Of a stretch of 64,000 nucleotides of DNA, positions 61,135 to 64,000 are shown piece after piece. Positions within the stretch are counted from its first letter, which is position 1; each line of letters starts with the position of its first letter. A program made the translations under genes and the position numbers. The stretch lies in the NCBI GenBank assembly GCA_001662655.1, contig KV460230.1, one strand, 5' to 3'. Source of the stretch: Pseudogymnoascus verrucosus (taxonomy: Eukaryota). The notes beneath the pieces were generated by a model. It saw nothing but the letters and a program-made list of their open reading frames with translations. It did no database searches and was not told where the DNA came from.

Positions 61135-63582
61135 TCAACGCTCATATCTTGGAAGGCCGTCATGACGGCTGGTATATTGTCCAGCAAATTCATCTTCTTC
61201 ATCCAAAAATGGTGCAGAGGGTTGTGGCGCACTGCCGCTCGCCCCTTCCCCTGCGGTGTCATCAAGGTCTGGAAAGTCTGAAGGCGAACTTGCTTCTGCT
61301 TGGAGGCGGCGACGTTCTAGTTCACGCTTATCGTCGACAGTTGTTGCCGTGGCCTGTGGTTGTGGACCCTCGGCTAGGGGAGTTGCCGGTGTAATTGTGT
61401 CAGACGAGTGGGAAATGCCATTGAGTGCAGTAGCGGGAGGTCTTTGTTGGGCTGCGTGGGCTACCGGTCGATAATCATCGTTGTATAGATCGTCATCAGG
61501 ATCGGGAGGAGCTGTAGGAGCGGGTTGGGAAGCCGCCGAAGGGCCCGCTTCTTCCTCCAGAGGCTGGCTTGGCAACAGGGTTTGTTCGGCAAGACGAACG
61601 CGGTCTTTTTCATTAAGGTTTTCGGAGGGCAAGACTTGCGGTGGTGGCACAGTACTCTGGCTATACTCAGGAACCTGGTTCTGGTCCGGTATGGGATGTT
61701 GTTCGTCATTATAAGTGTATGTTTGATCGTGTGAGCCTTGCGGCCATTGGGACCATTGTTGGCCGTATTCGTCGTAATGGTATTCTGCTTCATTTGGTAT
61801 GGCCTCCGCATGTCCATTTTGCTGTCCCTCTGAGTCCACCGACGGAACAGGGGTTGGCAGCGCCGTTTGTATCTCATCGGCAGGCCCCTTCTTAGTTATA
61901 TTACCCCTTCCTCTCATGCGAGCGCTATCTGTTGTGCCAAGAATGATCTCGAACAGGCAAGCCACAACGCTTTTCTCGCGCCTAATACGATCTGTGTCGA
62001 CAATATTGCCACCCCAAGCAGCCAGTGTTGGTGCTGTCGCAGTGTCCGTCCCAAGGACTGGGTCATTGGGGTTAGTCATAGATGGCAAACTAACCATGCC
62101 TAAACGTGGGAGGTGTCGATCTTGGCCAGCCAGCTTTCCTCCCAAATCGACCACGACCTCAACGTAATATCTGAAGCTTATCATTTCGCCTGGCACCCCG
62201 GTAATTGTAGGGAAGACATCTTCTGGAACCCGTAATGACGTCGTAATCACAGTTGAGAGTGTGGCCGGGTCTATCATTATTGGTGCAAGTGTCTGAGACA
62301 AATCTTTGCGGAAAACACTACTGGATCCCGCAGAGGTTAAAGATAGTCCACCCAAGCCAGTTTTGGACTTTGGGTAGTATTCTTCATGCTTCAGCCGTTC
62401 CAAGTCTTTGCCCTTGATATCCGTAAATAGTGATAATGGCGGCGCAGAGTCTATCCGACCTTGCCGGTACAGGGTGATAATGATGCCATGCAAACTCTTG
62501 ATTCGTTTTGTATGCTGTATGGATATTGTAATTGGTATGCTGTCTCCTGGCAAACATCCAGCTTTCAAAAGCTCGATTTTGGCGGTGATGGTTTTATTGG
62601 GAGCGGGTTTGCTCGACGACGTCTCGGCTCCGTTACTGACAGGTTTCGACTGCGTTGAGTGTCCGATTACGTAGCCAGTACTACTACTGCTAACCACACT
62701 ACCCTCACTGATTTCGCTTTGCAAATCGCTATGCAACGGACTTGTGGGTGAGCTCGGAGGATTGCTTGTAGATGGACGCTGGTTGGCAGATTCCTCAGCT
62801 GCCGCAGACTCGGTGGGCTTCGGCTGAACAGATGACTTCCCGGACTCTGTGGCCGCTTGATCTGCCTTCGCGGCGGATCGAATATGCCTCCTTGAGTTCT
62901 TCGCTATTGGCTCGAGGGAAATAATGCGTGGTTTGGGGACACTCATGGGCCCAATATCGACTGTTTCGACCAAGGATATCTTACGCTCGCACGTCGACGT
63001 AGCAGCGATGGATGTTGGACGCGTAAGGGTAGAGCGAATCATATAGGATATAGTTCCCCGTTCAAACTGTGACGCGATTAGTGTGTGGCCTTGTGTGGTA
63101 CGCGCAGCATGTGTACTTACGTCGATACTTGACGGCAAGCCTTGGGATGGGAACTGGAGATTGAATTCAAACTCATAGATCCCCGGCTCGAGGCGTCCTT
63201 CGCCGCAGAGTGTAATCTCATCATGAAACAACGACACATGGCCGTTACCGGTGTATTGGGACCTTTTGTTGCTTGTAATCTCGACGACATGGTCGCTGGT
63301 AATAACCTCGCCGGCTGCCGCAGGCTTTTTCAGGACGCGCACAAAGCCATGAAGAGCGACAGTGAGATGGGTAATCCGGATCGGCTTTACGACGGTAAGA
63401 ACGACGATGCCCTTGACGATATCTCCTGGTGAGTACTGGCGATGCGGCTCGTTGGCGCGGATGTGAAAATCGGTGGCATTTCTGGTCCGCGACCGCAAAG
63501 GCGAAGTCAACCTCGAAAGGATTGACCGACCGCTCGATGCTAGTCTCGAAGACGAAGTCGTGGGCGAGACATCCGAGTACAT
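61135..63582 (-). CDS. palF: pH-response arrestin PalF/Rim8; intron 63067-63120
   Basis: DFHI..EPHRQYSPGD, LPSSID/FERGTISY, HEEYYPKSKTGLGGLSL, ISFRYYVEVVVDLGGKL, DKRELERRRL, C-terminal LPRYER. Confidence 0.92.
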   Translation of the reverse strand: MYSDVSPTTSSSRLASSGRSILSRLTSPLRSRTRNATDFHIRANEPHRQYSPGDIVKGIVVLTVVKPIRITHLTVALHGFVRVLKKPAAAGEVITSDHVVEITSNKRSQYTGNGHVSLFHDEITLCGEGRLEPGIYEFEFNLQFPSQGLPSSIDVSTHAARTTQGHTLIASQFERGTISYMIRSTLTRPTSIAATSTCERKISLVETVDIGPMSVPKPRIISLEPIAKNSRRHIRSAAKADQAATESGKSSVQPKPTESAAAEESANQRPSTSNPPSSPTSPLHSDLQSEISEGSVVSSSSTGYVIGHSTQSKPVSNGAETSSSKPAPNKTITAKIELLKAGCLPGDSIPITISIQHTKRIKSLHGIIITLYRQGRIDSAPPLSLFTDIKGKDLERLKHEEYYPKSKTGLGGLSLTSAGSSSVFRKDLSQTLAPIMIDPATLSTVITTSLRVPEDVFPTITGVPGEMISFRYYVEVVVDLGGKLAGQDRHLPRLGMVSLPSMTNPNDPVLGTDTATAPTLAAWGGNIVDTDRIRREKSVVACLFEIILGTTDSARMRGRGNITKKGPADEIQTALPTPVPSVDSEGQQNGHAEAIPNEAEYHYDEYGQQWSQWPQGSHDQTYTYNDEQHPIPDQNQVPEYSQSTVPPPQVLPSENLNEKDRVRLAEQTLLPSQPLEEEAGPSAASQPAPTAPPDPDDDLYNDDYRPVAHAAQQRPPATALNGISHSSDTITPATPLAEGPQPQATATTVDDKRELERRRLQAEASSPSDFPDLDDTAGEGASGSAPQPSAPFLDEEDEFAGQYTSRHDGLPRYER

Positions 63583-64000
63583 GCTATTGTTTTGTCGTTG
63601 ATGCCAAGTCGAGATGGAAGGTAAGTTGCTTGCCAAGAGATTCTTGAATTCTTGGCTACCTGGATGGAGGAGTGGTGGAGGTCAAACGTGCTGGCCATGC
63701 GACACGACAGTGGATTCGACCCAAAGCCAACACGAGCAGGGGGAGGAGACTGTTTTGTCGGGCGCCTGAATGCCGCTGCCACACGACTTTCTGAGATGAT
63801 CTGACGCTCAGATATATATATACAGAGGATTTGCGGCGAATGTAACCAAAGCTTATCGTTATTATTATAATCGCATGGTCAATGTGTTAGCAGGCCAAGT
63901 TGTCAAGGATGGTGCTTGGGTGCTTGGTGCTTGTGTGTGGTAGGCAACACCTTGGCTGGATGGGAGTAGTGTAAGAAGTTTTGGAGGACGCGTTTTCTGG

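Noticed and set aside
63583..63636. TTG-started extension of PalF in the ORF track
   Set aside because: ATG 63582 has good context and fits the expected start of the family; nothing supports the TTG.

Overview
This is a gene-dense eukaryotic window from a filamentous ascomycete (Pezizomycotina-like), judged from short 45-100 nt GT-AG introns with CTRAY branch points and the fungal gene set. I reconstructed about 27 protein-coding genes by eye from the ORF track plus splice signals. They include U2AF35, a PLP trans-sulfuration enzyme, an endonuclease-less MutL homologue, ValRS, class IV chitin synthase facing its SEL1-repeat activator, FYVE-RING Pib1, a GIG1/DUF3605 protein, Yng2, Hos2, HisRS, a Yox1-like homeobox factor, CaMK, Ube2W, complex I 49 kDa, RPC40, Uba3, Tel2, Ran, Cax4, Nas2, dienelactone hydrolase, PalF/Rim8 and two orphans. 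The top candidate for something new is at 27615-29685 (-): two ORFs listed separately in the track splice in frame into one ~655 aa protein. It fuses a Mutator-transposase-derived FAR1/WRKY-like Zn DNA-binding domain (no DDE core) to tandem dihydroneopterin-aldolase (FolB) domains. Other notable items are an ACG-initiated mitochondrial presequence on ValRS, a ~75 bp inverted duplication in the Nas2/DLH divergent promoter, a 6-nt micro-exon in Uba3 and a GC-AG intron in Pib1. No rRNA, tRNA, CRISPR array or intact transposon was recognised. All family calls come from motif recognition, not database searches.
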